Source: an uncultured Gemmatimonadales bacterium
Lineage (GTDB): Bacteria > Gemmatimonadota > Gemmatimonadetes > Longimicrobiales > Longimicrobiaceae
Assembly (NCBI GenBank): GCA_963701155.1
Contig: OY969570.1
Coordinates: 4,728,333-4,792,332 of the forward strand
Length of the DNA: 64,000 nt
Direction of reading: 5' to 3'
Within the stretch, counting starts at the first letter, position 1. Each line of letters starts with the position of its first letter. The notes under the pieces were generated by a model, which was not told where the DNA came from, made no database searches, and saw nothing but the letters and a program-made list of their open reading frames with translations. A program made the translations under genes and the position numbers. Of this stretch, positions 10,270 to 20,682 are shown in pieces.

Positions 10270-10925
10270 CGCCCGGCGTGGAGGAGCGGGCCCGGATGAC
10301 CCTGGGCACCAGCGGCGACGCCATCTACCGCATGGTGGCCACCGCCGTGGCCCAGCACCTTCCGGCCGGGGGCACGCTGCTGGACGTGGGGTGCGGCACC
10401 GGCGCGCTGTGGGCCCACCTGCGCCCCCGCTTCGAGCGCTACGTGGGCGTCGACGCCGTCCGCTACGACGGCTTCCCGGCCGACGGCGAATGGGTGGCGG
10501 CGGATCTGGACGCGGGCGACGTCCCCCTCCCGGACGGGTGCGCGGACGTGGTGGCGGCGGTGGAGACGATCGAGCACCTGGAGAACCCGCGCGCATTCGT
10601 CCGTACGCTGGCGCGCCTGGTGCGCCCTGGCGGGTGGGTGTTCGTCACCACCCCCAACCAGCTCTCCCTCCTCAGCCGCGCCACCCTGCTCACGCGGGGC
10701 GAGCACAACGCCTTCCGCGACGCGTCGTACCCGGCGCACATCACGGCGCTGCTGGAGGTGGACCTGCGCCGCATCGTGGCCGAGTGCGGGCTGCGGGACG
10801 TGGCGGTGCGCTACAGCGGAAGCGGGCGCCTGGCGCTCACCGGGCGGCACTACCCGCGCTGGGTGTCGCGCCTGTGGCCGCGGGGGTTCTCGGACAACGT
10901 GCTCGTGGCGGGGAGGAAGCCGTGA
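10266..10925 (+). CDS. Class I SAM-dependent methyltransferase
   Basis: LLDVGCGTG, AVETIEHL, PGGWVFVTTPN; GTGA overlaps at both ends. Alternative start ATG about 30 nt downstream. Confidence 0.88.
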   Translation: MTPGVEERARMTLGTSGDAIYRMVATAVAQHLPAGGTLLDVGCGTGALWAHLRPRFERYVGVDAVRYDGFPADGEWVAADLDAGDVPLPDGCADVVAAVETIEHLENPRAFVRTLARLVRPGGWVFVTTPNQLSLLSRATLLTRGEHNAFRDASYPAHITALLEVDLRRIVAECGLRDVAVRYSGSGRLALTGRHYPRWVSRLWPRGFSDNVLVAGRKP

Positions 10926-12268
10926 GCACCCTGGCACCGCGGGCGCCGGCCGCCCCCCACCCGCACCGGGGGAGCGACGTTCGGGTGGTGCAGGCGTTCG
11001 TGGCCGTGCTCCTGGCGTGCCAACTGGCGCTGCTGGTTCCCGCCATCGGCCCGCTGCGCATGTTCGTGCGCATGGCGGCGTTCGGGTTGTCGCTGGCCCT
11101 CCTGCTCGCGGTGCGCGGCCGCGGACGTCCGCACCCGGCCCATCTGCCGGCGCTGGTGGTGGCGGGGCTGCTGGGGCTGGCCCTCCTCCGCCCGGAAACG
11201 GTGAACATGACGGCGGGGGCGGCACAGGCCGGGCTGTACCTTGCCGTGCTCGCCCCGCTCTTCTGGGTCGCGCGCCTCAGCGTGGACATGCGCACCGTGC
11301 GGCAGACGGCGGCGCTGATGTGGGTCTTTCACACCGTCAGCGCCGCGCTGGGGGTGCTGCAGGTACAGTTCCCCGGCCGCTTTCAGCCGCCGCTCTCCAG
11401 CATCATCGTGGCGAAGGGGCACGGCTACATCTCCAGCCTGATGATCACCAACGCCGCGGGGGTGCGCGTCTTCCGGCCGATGGGGCTGACGGACATTCCG
11501 GGGGGCGCCTCCGTGTCGGCGCTGTACGCGGTGCTCTTCGGGATCGGGTTCTTCCTCACCGCCCGCACGCTGGGGATGCGGGTGGCGGCCGCGGCCAGCA
11601 TGGGTGCCGGGTTCACCTGCCTGTACCTGTCGCAGGTGCGCTCGGTGCTCCTGATGACGGGGATCGCGGTGGCGGTGGTGATCGGCGTGCTGGCCTGGCG
11701 GCGCGACCTCCCGCGCCTTGCGCTGCTGGGCGCCACGGCGGTGTGCGTGATGCTGGGCGGGTACGCGGCGGCGACGGCGCTGGCGGGGCCGGCCGTCGCC
11801 CGGCGCATGGCTTCGCTGACCACGCAGCGCCCCGGCGCCGTGTACTACAACGCGCGCGGCAAGTTCTTCATGGATGCGATGACGGAAACGCTTCCGCAGG
11901 CGCCCTTCGGCACGGGGCTGGGGCACTGGGGGATGACGGCCAGCTACTTCGGCGGGGGCGACGACCCGTACGGTACCTGGGTGGAGATCCAGTGGGCCGG
12001 GTGGGTGGTGGACGGCGGCGCGCCGCTGGTGCTGGCCTACTGCGCCACCCTGTTCCTCGCTCTGCTTGCGGTGTGGCGCATCGCGCGCGCGCGCGCGCCG
12101 GCCGGTGCCCCGGACCTTCCGTTCTGGGCGGGCGTGGTGCTGGCGCACGGCATCGGCGCGTTCGCGCTCACCTTCTCGTTTCCCCTGTTCGTGTCGCAGC
12201 CCGGGATGGAGTTCTGGCTCCTGAACGCGCTCCTCCTGGCCGCCGCCCGTACCCGGGCCGCCGCATGA
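10922..12268 (+). CDS. Wzy-like polymerase / O-antigen ligase family membrane protein
   Basis: About 11-12 hydrophobic segments with a large late loop (PFGTGLG); position inside the GT operon. Confidence 0.7.
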   Translation: MSTLAPRAPAAPHPHRGSDVRVVQAFVAVLLACQLALLVPAIGPLRMFVRMAAFGLSLALLLAVRGRGRPHPAHLPALVVAGLLGLALLRPETVNMTAGAAQAGLYLAVLAPLFWVARLSVDMRTVRQTAALMWVFHTVSAALGVLQVQFPGRFQPPLSSIIVAKGHGYISSLMITNAAGVRVFRPMGLTDIPGGASVSALYAVLFGIGFFLTARTLGMRVAAAASMGAGFTCLYLSQVRSVLLMTGIAVAVVIGVLAWRRDLPRLALLGATAVCVMLGGYAAATALAGPAVARRMASLTTQRPGAVYYNARGKFFMDAMTETLPQAPFGTGLGHWGMTASYFGGGDDPYGTWVEIQWAGWVVDGGAPLVLAYCATLFLALLAVWRIARARAPAGAPDLPFWAGVVLAHGIGAFALTFSFPLFVSQPGMEFWLLNALLLAAARTRAAA

Positions 12269-13197
12269 GCGCGCCGGCCGTGACCGTGGTGATCCCCACG
12301 TTCAACGGGTGCACCCGGGTGCCCCTGGTGCTGGAGGCGCTGCGGGACCAGGCGGGGGGGGTGGCGTTCGAGGTGCTGGTCGTGGACAACGCGAGCACCG
12401 ACGGAACGGCGGCGGTGGGGGCGCACCCAGCGGCATCGGCGCTGCGCGCGGCGGGGGTGGAGGTACGCGTGCTGCCGGAGGCGCGCGCGGGCCTCACCCA
12501 CGCCCGGGCGCGCGGGATCGCCGGCGCGCGCGCGGAGCTGGTGTGCTTCCTGGACGACGACAACCTTCCCCAGCCCGGCTATCTGGCGTGTGGAGTGGCG
12601 GCGTTCCGCGACCCGGGGGTGGGGCTCCTGACCTCGCGTGTCTTCCCGCGCTACCAGGCGGAGCCCGCGCCGGCGATGCGCCGCCGGGAGCACCTCCTGG
12701 CCATCAACCACCGGCTGGGAGACGAGGTGCTGGACTGGGGCGCCACCGCGTCCGTGGCGCCCACCCTGGGTGCGGGGCTGTGGGTGCGGAAGAGCGCCTT
12801 CGAGCGCACCACGAGCGCGCGGCTCCCGGACCGGCTCCCCGGCTCGCTCTCGTCGGGGGGCGACGTGGAGCTGGGTGTGGCCATAGGCGGCGCGGGGTTC
12901 CGGCGCCTCTACGTCCCCTGCCTGCGCCTGTGGCACGTGATCCCGCCGGAGCGGGTGCGGACGCGGTACTTCTGCCGCCTGATCTACGGGATCGTGCGGA
13001 GCCGGCTGGCGGTGGAGGCGCTGTACGAGGGGCGCGGCGGCCGGCGCCGCGACCGTGCCGCCGCGCTGGCCCGCCTGCTGGTCGGCGCGGGCGCCGTCCC
13101 CGCCCTGCTGGCGCGGCGGGACGGGGGGCGCGAGGCGCTCTTCGTGCTGGCGAGCCGGTGGGCCGAGCTGCGGGGGCCGCTCCGTGACCGCGTCTGA
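12265..13197 (+). CDS. Glycosyltransferase family 2
   Basis: VTVVIPTFN, VVDNASTDGT, CFLDDD, GGDVEL. Confidence 0.9.
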   Translation: MSAPAVTVVIPTFNGCTRVPLVLEALRDQAGGVAFEVLVVDNASTDGTAAVGAHPAASALRAAGVEVRVLPEARAGLTHARARGIAGARAELVCFLDDDNLPQPGYLACGVAAFRDPGVGLLTSRVFPRYQAEPAPAMRRREHLLAINHRLGDEVLDWGATASVAPTLGAGLWVRKSAFERTTSARLPDRLPGSLSSGGDVELGVAIGGAGFRRLYVPCLRLWHVIPPERVRTRYFCRLIYGIVRSRLAVEALYEGRGGRRRDRAAALARLLVGAGAVPALLARRDGGREALFVLASRWAELRGPLRDRV

Positions 13198-14398
13198 GCT
13201 CCCCCGGTGGACGGTGGCCGCCGGCGACTTCGTGACCACCGGGGGGATGGATGCCGCCAACCACGCCCTGGCTTCCTACCTGGCCCGCGCGGGACGCGAC
13301 CTGTGCCTGGTGGCGCACCGGGTGGATCCGGCGCTGGCCTCGCTCGGCGGGGTGCGGGTGCGCGCGGTGCCGCGCCCGCTCGGCTCGCACCTGCTGGGAT
13401 TTCCGCTGCTGGCGCGGGCGGCGGCGGGCGAGGCCGGGGCGCGGGGCGGCGTGGCGCTGGCCAACGGGGGCAACTTCGCCGCGGCGGCCACCTGGCTGCA
13501 CTACGTACACGCGGCATACCGCCCGCGGGTGGGGGGGCAGCCGCTGCGGCGGGTGCTGCAGCGCGCGGCGGCGGCCCGCGCCCGGCGCGACGAGCGGCGC
13601 GTGGTGGGGCGGGCACGCGTGCTGGTGGCCAACTCCGCGCTCACCGCGCGGCACGCCGTGGAGCTGCTGGGTGCCGACCCGGCGGCCGTGCACGTGGTCT
13701 ACTACGGCGCGGACGCCGCGCGCTTCCGCCCCCCGGCGCCGGAGGAGCGTGCCCTTGCGCGCCGGACGCTCGGGATCGAAGCCGGCACGCCCGTGCTGGC
13801 GTTCGTGGGGGCGCTCGGCGACCGCCGCAAGGGGTTCGATACGCTGTTCGGCGCCTTCGCCCGCCTGGTGCGGGGCGACTCCGGCTGGGACGCCGTGCTG
13901 CTGGTGGCGGGCGCCGGGGGCGAGCTGGAGGCGTGGCGGCGCCGCGCGCGCGGCGAGGGCCTGGATGGCCGCATCCGCTTCCTCGGCTTCCAGCCGGACG
14001 TGCTCCCCCTCCTTCACGCCAGCGACGCCCTGGTGGCGCCCACCCGGTACGAAGCGTACGGCCTGGCGGTGCAGGAAGCGCTCTGCACCGGGCTCCCGGC
14101 GCTGGTTTCCCGGGCGGCGGGGGTGGCGGAGCGCATCTCGTCCCCGCTGGAGGCCCTGCTCCCCGCCGACCCCGACGACGCCGACGAGCTGGCGGAGCGG
14201 CTGCGCGTATGGCGCTCGGGCGTGGAGCGGTTTCGCGCCGACGCGATCGCCCTTTCCGCCACCCTGCGCGGATGGACGTGGGATCACATGGCGGCGCGCA
14301 TAGTGGACATTCTGGAGGGAGAGGTTAGCTTGGTGACTTCCGCGAATGGGCTTCCCCGCGCGCCTGGCCTCACGGCCATCCCATGTCCCCTGCCATGA
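13184..14398 (+). CDS. Glycosyltransferase family 4
   Basis: DRRKGFD, YEAYGLAVQEALCTG; GTG start inferred at 13184. Confidence 0.87.
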   Translation: MTASELPRWTVAAGDFVTTGGMDAANHALASYLARAGRDLCLVAHRVDPALASLGGVRVRAVPRPLGSHLLGFPLLARAAAGEAGARGGVALANGGNFAAAATWLHYVHAAYRPRVGGQPLRRVLQRAAAARARRDERRVVGRARVLVANSALTARHAVELLGADPAAVHVVYYGADAARFRPPAPEERALARRTLGIEAGTPVLAFVGALGDRRKGFDTLFGAFARLVRGDSGWDAVLLVAGAGGELEAWRRRARGEGLDGRIRFLGFQPDVLPLLHASDALVAPTRYEAYGLAVQEALCTGLPALVSRAAGVAERISSPLEALLPADPDDADELAERLRVWRSGVERFRADAIALSATLRGWTWDHMAARIVDILEGEVSLVTSANGLPRAPGLTAIPCPLP

Positions 14399-15339
14399 CG
14401 GGTGCACCCCACGCGGGCTTCGCCGCGGTAGCCGGGTGCTGGGTGTGCGGCGCCACCGAGCAGGCGCCGGCGGGGAGCGCCATCTTCGAGCTTTCGGAGT
14501 ACACCCGGCAGGACCCGGAGCTGGCGCGCTACTCCGGGGCCACACTCCGGCTGGTGCGCTGCGCGCGGTGCGGCTTCGGCCAGCCGGAGGCGCTCCCCGC
14601 GCTCCCCGGTTACTTCGCCCGGATGTACGACCAGCGCTGGTCCGCGGAGTGGATGGAGACGGAGTTCGCCTCCGGCTACAAGGACCTCATCTTCACCGCC
14701 GTGCTGCGTGGGCTGGAGGCGCGTGCCGGCGGTCCGGGCGCGCTGCTGGACCTGGGTGCGCACGTGGGACGGCTGATGCACCTGGCCGCCGGGCGCGGGT
14801 GGGCCGCCGAGGGGGTGGAGCTGAACCCCGCGACCGCCGCGTTCGCGGCCCGGGCCACCGGGCTGCCGGTGCACCGGATGGATGCGCGGGCCCTTTCCGC
14901 CGCGGGGCGCAGGTGGGGCTGCGTGACGCTGGTGGATGTGCTGGAGCACATCCCGGAGCCGGTGGAGGCGCTGGTCGCCGCGCGCGGGGTGATGGAGCGG
15001 GGCGGGTGGATCGCCGTCAAGGTTCCCCACGGCCGCGTGCAGCTCGCCAAGGAGCATCTGCGCGCCCGGCTGCGCCCGGGGTATCGTGCCACGGTGGCGG
15101 ACAACCTGGTGCACGTGAGCCACTTCGGGGTGCGCTCCCTGGAGCGCGCGCTGCGCCGCGCCGGCTTCGGCGAGGTCCGCGTGGAGGTGGCCCCGCCGGA
15201 GCTTCCCCCGGGGGGGGGCGCCCGCGCGTCCGCCGCCCGCGCCGCCCGCCGCGCCGCGTGGTGGCTCGGGCGCGTCCTTCCCGCGGGCGTGGAGTCTCCC
15301 CTCTCGCTTCACCTCCTGGCCTATGCCCGCCGCCCATGA
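14395..15339 (+). CDS. Class I SAM methyltransferase with N-terminal CxxC...CxxC zinc motif
   Basis: CWVC...CARC, LLDLGAHVG, GVELN, DVLEHIPEP; ATGA overlap. Confidence 0.85.
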   Translation: MTGAPHAGFAAVAGCWVCGATEQAPAGSAIFELSEYTRQDPELARYSGATLRLVRCARCGFGQPEALPALPGYFARMYDQRWSAEWMETEFASGYKDLIFTAVLRGLEARAGGPGALLDLGAHVGRLMHLAAGRGWAAEGVELNPATAAFAARATGLPVHRMDARALSAAGRRWGCVTLVDVLEHIPEPVEALVAARGVMERGGWIAVKVPHGRVQLAKEHLRARLRPGYRATVADNLVHVSHFGVRSLERALRRAGFGEVRVEVAPPELPPGGGARASAARAARRAAWWLGRVLPAGVESPLSLHLLAYARRP

Positions 15340-16246
15340 CCCGCCGTCCGCCCCTCCGTTGAGCGCCCCGCTTCTCTCCGTCATCATCGCGACGCACGAC
15401 AACCTGGAGATGCTGCGCCGCTGCCTGGACGCGTGGCGCCGGCACGCCGCCGGCTTGCCGGTGGAGCTGATCGTGGTGGAGGACGGGTGCACCGACGGTA
15501 CCCCGGCGTACCTCCGAGAGGTGGCGGCGACCGCGTGGGGGCGGCGCCACCTGCGCTGGATCCACACCGACGACGTGCACGAGCTGGTCTGCACCAACCG
15601 GGGGCTGGCCGAGGCGCGGGCGCCGCTGGTGCTGAGCTGGCACGACGACATGTTCCTGCAGGGTGGGTGGATGGTCCCCGAGCTGCTCGCCACCTTCGCC
15701 CAGGTCCCCGAGATCGGGCTGCTGAGCCTGAGCCGCGGCCTCACCTTCACCCCCGTGGACGAGCCGCTGGCCACCTGGCACGACTCGGTGGACTGGCGCC
15801 GCGTGCAGAGCACCATCGGGGCGGGGCCGCTCAACTGGGGACGCGTGTACGAGGTGGACGGGGTGATGCGCCCCTGGGCGGTGCGGCGCGCGTGCGTGGA
15901 GCGGGTGGGGCCGCTGGACGAGGCGTTCCGCCCCACCGAGTGGGACGAGGTGGACCTGTGCTACCGGATCCGGGCGGCGGGGTGGAAGGTGGCCACCCAC
16001 GGGTACGAGCGTGACGGCGCCTACCTGCACGCCGTAAGCTCCACGTACGGCCGCACCGTGTCCGAACGGCGGATGGAGCAGGGGCTTCGCAACGCCCGGC
16101 TCTTCTTCGACCGCTGGGGCGGCGCCATCCGGGGTGAGCACCCGCGCGCGCGCGCGCACTGGCGCCGGCGCGCCACCGCGGCCGGGTGGGCGGCCACGCT
16201 GCGGCAGATGGCGCGCTACGCGGCGGGCCGCCGCCCGCCGGGATGA
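15323..16246 (+). CDS. Glycosyltransferase family 2
   Basis: LSVIIATHD, VVEDGCTDGT, HDDM, GPLDEAF, DEVDLCYR. Confidence 0.87.
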   Translation: MPAAHDPPSAPPLSAPLLSVIIATHDNLEMLRRCLDAWRRHAAGLPVELIVVEDGCTDGTPAYLREVAATAWGRRHLRWIHTDDVHELVCTNRGLAEARAPLVLSWHDDMFLQGGWMVPELLATFAQVPEIGLLSLSRGLTFTPVDEPLATWHDSVDWRRVQSTIGAGPLNWGRVYEVDGVMRPWAVRRACVERVGPLDEAFRPTEWDEVDLCYRIRAAGWKVATHGYERDGAYLHAVSSTYGRTVSERRMEQGLRNARLFFDRWGGAIRGEHPRARAHWRRRATAAGWAATLRQMARYAAGRRPPG

Positions 16247-17766
16247 GCCGCACGCGGCGCGCGGGGATCACGGCGCTCTTCGGATACGCCCAGTTCGCGC
16301 TGGCGCTGACGTCGGGGATCATCCTCGTCCCCTTCGTCCTCGCGCGGGTCCGCACGGACCTGTACGGGGTGTGGCTGGCCTTTGGAGAGGTGCTGGCGTA
16401 CTCCAGCATGGTGGACCTGGGGGTGGTGGGCGTCGTCCCCTGGCTCGTGGCGGAGAACGACGGCCGCGGCGACCGCCACGCCATCCGCGGCGTGCTGGCC
16501 GCGGCGGTGCTCTTCTCGTCGCTCGCCGCGGCGCTGTTCCTGGTGCTCGCCGCGGGCGCGCTGAACCTGGTTCCCTCGCTCGGCCGGCTCCCGGCGGAGC
16601 TGGCGGCGGAAGCGCGGGGGCCGCTCCTGATGGTGGCGGTGCTGATGGCCGTGGGAATGCCGCTGCGCAGCTTCAGCGCCACGCTCATCGGGCTTCAGGA
16701 CGCTACCTTCGCGGGACTTCTGGGGGTGGCGCAGCTTGCGCTGGGAGTGTCGCTCACGGTGGGGCTGCTGCTGGGCGGGTGGGGGCTGTACGCCCTGGCC
16801 GCCGCCGCCACGGTGCCCGGCCTGGTGGCGTCGCTCGCGAGCTGGGCCCGCCTGCGCGCGCTGGCGCCGGAGCTGCTTCGCGGCTGGCGGCTTCCCACCC
16901 GCGCCACCCTGCGGCAGGTGAGCACCCAGGGGATGGGCTCCTGGACGGCGGGGCTGGGGTGGCGCATGGTGGCGGCCAGCGACAGCGTGGTGATCCTTTC
17001 CCTGCTGGGGCCCGCCGCCGCGGTGGCCTACGCGCTCACGGCCAAGATGGGGACCATCGGGATGCAGATGAGCTGGCAGGCCCCCGATGCCGCCCTGGTG
17101 GGGCTGGCGCAGCTCAAGGGCGAGGGGCGCGCGGAGCGGGTGCGCGAGGTGGCCACTTCCCTGCTTCGGCTGCTGCTGGTGGCCTCGGGCGGGGTGGCGT
17201 GCGCGATGCTGGCGCTGAACCCCGCCTTCGTGGCGCTGTGGGTGGGGCCGGAGCGGTTCGGCGGCCTGGCGCTGAACGCGGCGCTGGCGGCGCTGATCCT
17301 GTCGCACTCGCTCGCGCACGGCCTGTTCACCACCAGCGCCACGCTCGGCACGCGCGTGGAGGCGGGGTGGGCCTCGCTCGCGCAGGGCGCCGTGAACCTG
17401 GCGGCCGCCCTGGTTCTCGGCCGCCTGTTCGGCCTGGTGGGCGTGGCGCTGGCCGCGGTGGCCAGCACCTTTCTGGTGGCCTACCCCGCGGGGGTGTGGA
17501 TGCTGAGAAAGACCACCGGGATGAGCCAGGCGGAGCTGTGGCGTGGCGCCATCGGCCCGTGGGCGGCGCGCGGCGGGGCCATGCTGCTCCTGGGGGTGCT
17601 GGTGTCGCTGGTGGGCGAGCGCACCTCGCCGTGGGTGCCGCTGGCGCTCACGGCTCCGCTCGGGTTCCTTTACCTTCGGGTGATGCGCCCCCTGTACGCG
17701 GGGCTCCCCCTCCCCGCGCGAGCCCGGCCGCTCCTGGCGCGGCTCCGGCTGCTGCCGCGGACCTGA
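16243..17766 (+). CDS. wzx: Polysaccharide flippase (Wzx/MOP superfamily)
   Basis: About 12-14 TM segments, YGVW in the second helix, inside the EPS operon. Confidence 0.8.
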   Translation: MSRTRRAGITALFGYAQFALALTSGIILVPFVLARVRTDLYGVWLAFGEVLAYSSMVDLGVVGVVPWLVAENDGRGDRHAIRGVLAAAVLFSSLAAALFLVLAAGALNLVPSLGRLPAELAAEARGPLLMVAVLMAVGMPLRSFSATLIGLQDATFAGLLGVAQLALGVSLTVGLLLGGWGLYALAAAATVPGLVASLASWARLRALAPELLRGWRLPTRATLRQVSTQGMGSWTAGLGWRMVAASDSVVILSLLGPAAAVAYALTAKMGTIGMQMSWQAPDAALVGLAQLKGEGRAERVREVATSLLRLLLVASGGVACAMLALNPAFVALWVGPERFGGLALNAALAALILSHSLAHGLFTTSATLGTRVEAGWASLAQGAVNLAAALVLGRLFGLVGVALAAVASTFLVAYPAGVWMLRKTTGMSQAELWRGAIGPWAARGGAMLLLGVLVSLVGERTSPWVPLALTAPLGFLYLRVMRPLYAGLPLPARARPLLARLRLLPRT

Positions 17767-17775
17767 CGGAATGGG

Positions 17776-17864
17776 CTCACACAGAGGCACAGAGGCACAG
17801 AGGCAGAACAGCAACCGATGCTTTATCAGGTAGTTCTCTCTGTGCCTCTGTGTCTCTGTGTGAG
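17776..17864. repeat. REP-like palindrome built of CACAGAGG octamers (copy 1)
   Basis: CTCA(CACAGAGG)3 ... reverse-complement arm ending TGTGTGAG; intergenic directly after wzx. Confidence 0.85.
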
Positions 17865-17950
17865 ACCCGCTGTCCAGAGTTCTATGGAAATGGCATGACA
17901 GGGGGATCTATGCGGACCGGGGCCAGGAACATCGTGCGCGGAGGGGTGGC

Positions 17951-18667
17951 GTGATCCGGCGTGTGCTGCGCCGCCTGCGTCGCGCTTCGCCCGCGGAGCG
18001 GGAGTACGAGCGCCAGCTCCCGGCGGTGGCGGCCGGGGCGGCGGCGCGGGGGTGGGAGGTGTTCCGCTACCCCGTCTTCGAGGCGGGCGACCATCCGGAG
18101 GGGTACATCGACTTCGAGTGCCGCTTCGCCGCGCTGCACCTGCGGCGGGAGGGAGCCCGCACCGTGCTCGACGTAGGCTCGTACCGGCAGTTCGTGCTGG
18201 GGCTGGCGGCGGGGTTCAACGTGACCGCGCTGGACGTGCGCCCCCGCCACGCGGGGCTGGGCCCCGAAACGAACCTGGTGGGCGATGCTTCCCGCATCCC
18301 CGCGCCCGACGGGGCCTTCGACGCGGTGGTGTCTCTTTCGTCGATCGAGCACTTCGGGCTCGGGCGCTATGGCGACGCGGTGGACCTGGACGCCGACCGC
18401 CGCGCCGCCGCCGAGATGCGGCGCGTGCTGCGCCCCGGCGGCACGCTGGTGGTCACCACCTCGCTCACGGCGGGCCGCCCCACGCTCGCGTTCAACGCGC
18501 ACCGCATCTACGGGCTGCAGCAGGCGCGGGCGCTCTTCGCCGGAATGGAGCGCGTGGACGAGCGCTTCTTCTCCCACCGCGCGGGTGCGCAGGTGGCGCT
18601 GGACGGCGTCACGCGGCGGCCGCGCGATTGGGACGTGTACTGCGCGTGCCTGCGGAAGCCCGCGTGA
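17951..18667 (+). CDS. SAM methyltransferase, DUF268-like
   Basis: VLDVGS, SLSSIEHFGLGRYGD motif typical of DUF268-type proteins. Confidence 0.78.
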   Translation: MIRRVLRRLRRASPAEREYERQLPAVAAGAAARGWEVFRYPVFEAGDHPEGYIDFECRFAALHLRREGARTVLDVGSYRQFVLGLAAGFNVTALDVRPRHAGLGPETNLVGDASRIPAPDGAFDAVVSLSSIEHFGLGRYGDAVDLDADRRAAAEMRRVLRPGGTLVVTTSLTAGRPTLAFNAHRIYGLQQARALFAGMERVDERFFSHRAGAQVALDGVTRRPRDWDVYCACLRKPA

Positions 18668-19833
18668 GCGCGGCGCCGGGCGGCGCCCTGCGCGCGCTCT
18701 TCGTCAACACGGGAATCCTGGGGCACCGCACCGTGGCGCACGTGCTGGGGCGGGCGATGGAGGCGCAGGCCGGGATCGAGGCCACGCGCGTGGAGCTGGC
18801 GGCGGGGCTCTCGGTGCGCGACCGCGTCGTCCGCCGGCTCCTGACGCTGGGCCCGCGCCCGGGCACCGCGCTGGGCGCGGCGACCGCGGCCCGCTTCCGG
18901 CACGAGATGAACGCCGGCCTCACCGCCGCCCGCCGGATCCACGCGCTGGAGCGGGGAGGAGCGTGCTGGGACGTCCTCCACTTCCACACGCAGGCCGCCG
19001 CGTGGGGCAGCGTGGGCCGGATGCGCGGCACGCCCTCCATCGTTTCCATCGACGCCACCCAGCGCCTCGCCATGATGGAGCTGCCACCCGGCCCGGCGCG
19101 CGGCGACTACCTTCCGAACGCCGCCTGGGACCGCCGCGTCTTCCGCGCCGCCGCGGCCATCGTATCCACTTCCCGCTGGGCCGCGGACGACGTGGCGCGC
19201 GATCTGCCGGAGTGCGCGGGGCGTCTTCACGTGATGCCGTATCCTGTTCCGCTGGAAGGCTTTGGCGCGCACTGGCCGGAGGAGCGCCGCGCGCGTCCGG
19301 CGTCGCGGCCCGTGCGCGTCCTCTTCATCGGGGGGGACTTTGGGCGGAAGGGGGGGGCGGAGCTGCTGGCGGCGTGGCGCGGGGCCGGCCTGGGTGTGGC
19401 GGCGCGGCTCACGCTGGTCACCGAGTCCCCGCTGAGCGAAGCCGGGCTCCCGGACGGGGTGGAGGTGCGCCGCGGCGTGCGCGCCTACACGCCGGAGTGG
19501 TTCGCGCTCTGGCGGCAGGCGGACCTGTTCGTCCTCCCCACGCGGGGCGAGGCGTTCGGGATGGTGTTCCAGGAGGCGGCGGCGGCCGGCCTCCCCGCCA
19601 TCGGCACCGCGCTCAACGCGATCCCCGAGATCGTGGCGCACGGGGAAACGGGCGTCCTGGTGCCGCCCGGCGAGATTCCCGCGCTGGTGGACGCGCTGCG
19701 CGGAATGGTCCGGTCACCGGAGAGGCGAATCGAGATGGGAACGGCGGCGCGGAGGCGGATCGAGAGGACGGGCTCCATCGGCGGCTATGGCGAGCGGCTG
19801 GCGTCGATCGCGCGGGCGGTGGCGCGTGGATGA
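18664..19833 (+). CDS. Glycosyltransferase family 4
   Basis: DFGRKGG, GEAFGMVFQEAAAAG, EIVAHGETG; GTGA overlap. Confidence 0.88.
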   Translation: MSAAPGGALRALFVNTGILGHRTVAHVLGRAMEAQAGIEATRVELAAGLSVRDRVVRRLLTLGPRPGTALGAATAARFRHEMNAGLTAARRIHALERGGACWDVLHFHTQAAAWGSVGRMRGTPSIVSIDATQRLAMMELPPGPARGDYLPNAAWDRRVFRAAAAIVSTSRWAADDVARDLPECAGRLHVMPYPVPLEGFGAHWPEERRARPASRPVRVLFIGGDFGRKGGAELLAAWRGAGLGVAARLTLVTESPLSEAGLPDGVEVRRGVRAYTPEWFALWRQADLFVLPTRGEAFGMVFQEAAAAGLPAIGTALNAIPEIVAHGETGVLVPPGEIPALVDALRGMVRSPERRIEMGTAARRRIERTGSIGGYGERLASIARAVARG

Positions 19834-20668
19834 CGGCCCGCGGCCCACGGTGGCCGGCAGCAGCGCGTTCCGCACCCCCACGGCGCTGGAGCGGCTGGGC
19901 ACGGCCGCGGGGCGGCTCCTTCCTGGCGGCGCGGCGCGCGACGCGCTGCGCGCCGTGTACCGCCTGGCGGTCCGCCTGCGCACGGGCGGAAGCGTGCGTG
20001 CGCGCCTCCCCGGCGGCGAGGAGGTGCGCCTCCTCCCCGAGTACCGCTTCGTCACCTGGAACCGCGCCGAGTACGACGCGTTCCGCGCGGCGGCCGTGCC
20101 GGGCACCGTCGCGCTGGACGTGGGCGCCAACGTGGGCGCCTACACGCTGGTGATGGCGAGGTGGGTGGGGCACGAGGGGCGGGTCTTCGCGTTCGAGCCC
20201 GCCCCGGACGCGTTCCACGGGCTCACGCGGCACGTGGCGCTGAACGGCCTGGACGGCGTGGTCACCCCGGTGCGCGCCGCGGCGGCGGGGCGCACCGGCA
20301 CCGCCACCCTCGCCGTGGACGGCGCGAGCGGCGCCAATCGCCTGGGCGTGGGCGGAGAGCGGGTGGAAACGATCACCCTGGACGATTTCTGCGCGCGCGA
20401 GAACGTCGCTCCCGCCCTGATCAAGATCGACGTGGAGGGCGCCGAGCTGGAAGTGCTCCGCGGCGCGCGAGAGACCATCCGGCGGGGCGGAGCCGGGCTG
20501 GCGCTCTTCGTGGAGATGCACCCCACCCTCTGGAGCGGCATGGGGATCCGCGCCGCCGACGTGCGGGCGGAGCTGGACGCCCAGGGGCTGCGCGCCGAGC
20601 CGCTGCGCCCCGGCGTGGCGGACCCGTGGGCGCTGGAGGGCGAATGCCTGCGGCTGGTGCGGAAGTGA
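19826..20668 (+). CDS. FkbM family methyltransferase
   Basis: LDVGANVGAY, FAFEP, TLDD, IKIDVEGAELEVL. Confidence 0.9.
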   Translation: MDDGPRPTVAGSSAFRTPTALERLGTAAGRLLPGGAARDALRAVYRLAVRLRTGGSVRARLPGGEEVRLLPEYRFVTWNRAEYDAFRAAAVPGTVALDVGANVGAYTLVMARWVGHEGRVFAFEPAPDAFHGLTRHVALNGLDGVVTPVRAAAAGRTGTATLAVDGASGANRLGVGGERVETITLDDFCARENVAPALIKIDVEGAELEVLRGARETIRRGGAGLALFVEMHPTLWSGMGIRAADVRAELDAQGLRAEPLRPGVADPWALEGECLRLVRK

Positions 20669-20682
20669 TCCGGAGCGGGTGA

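Noticed and set aside
15210-15218. G9 run (also G10 at 41370-41379 and G8 at 21840-21847) as phase-variation tracts
   Set aside because: Frames are intact and such runs are expected at this GC content; needs read-level data.
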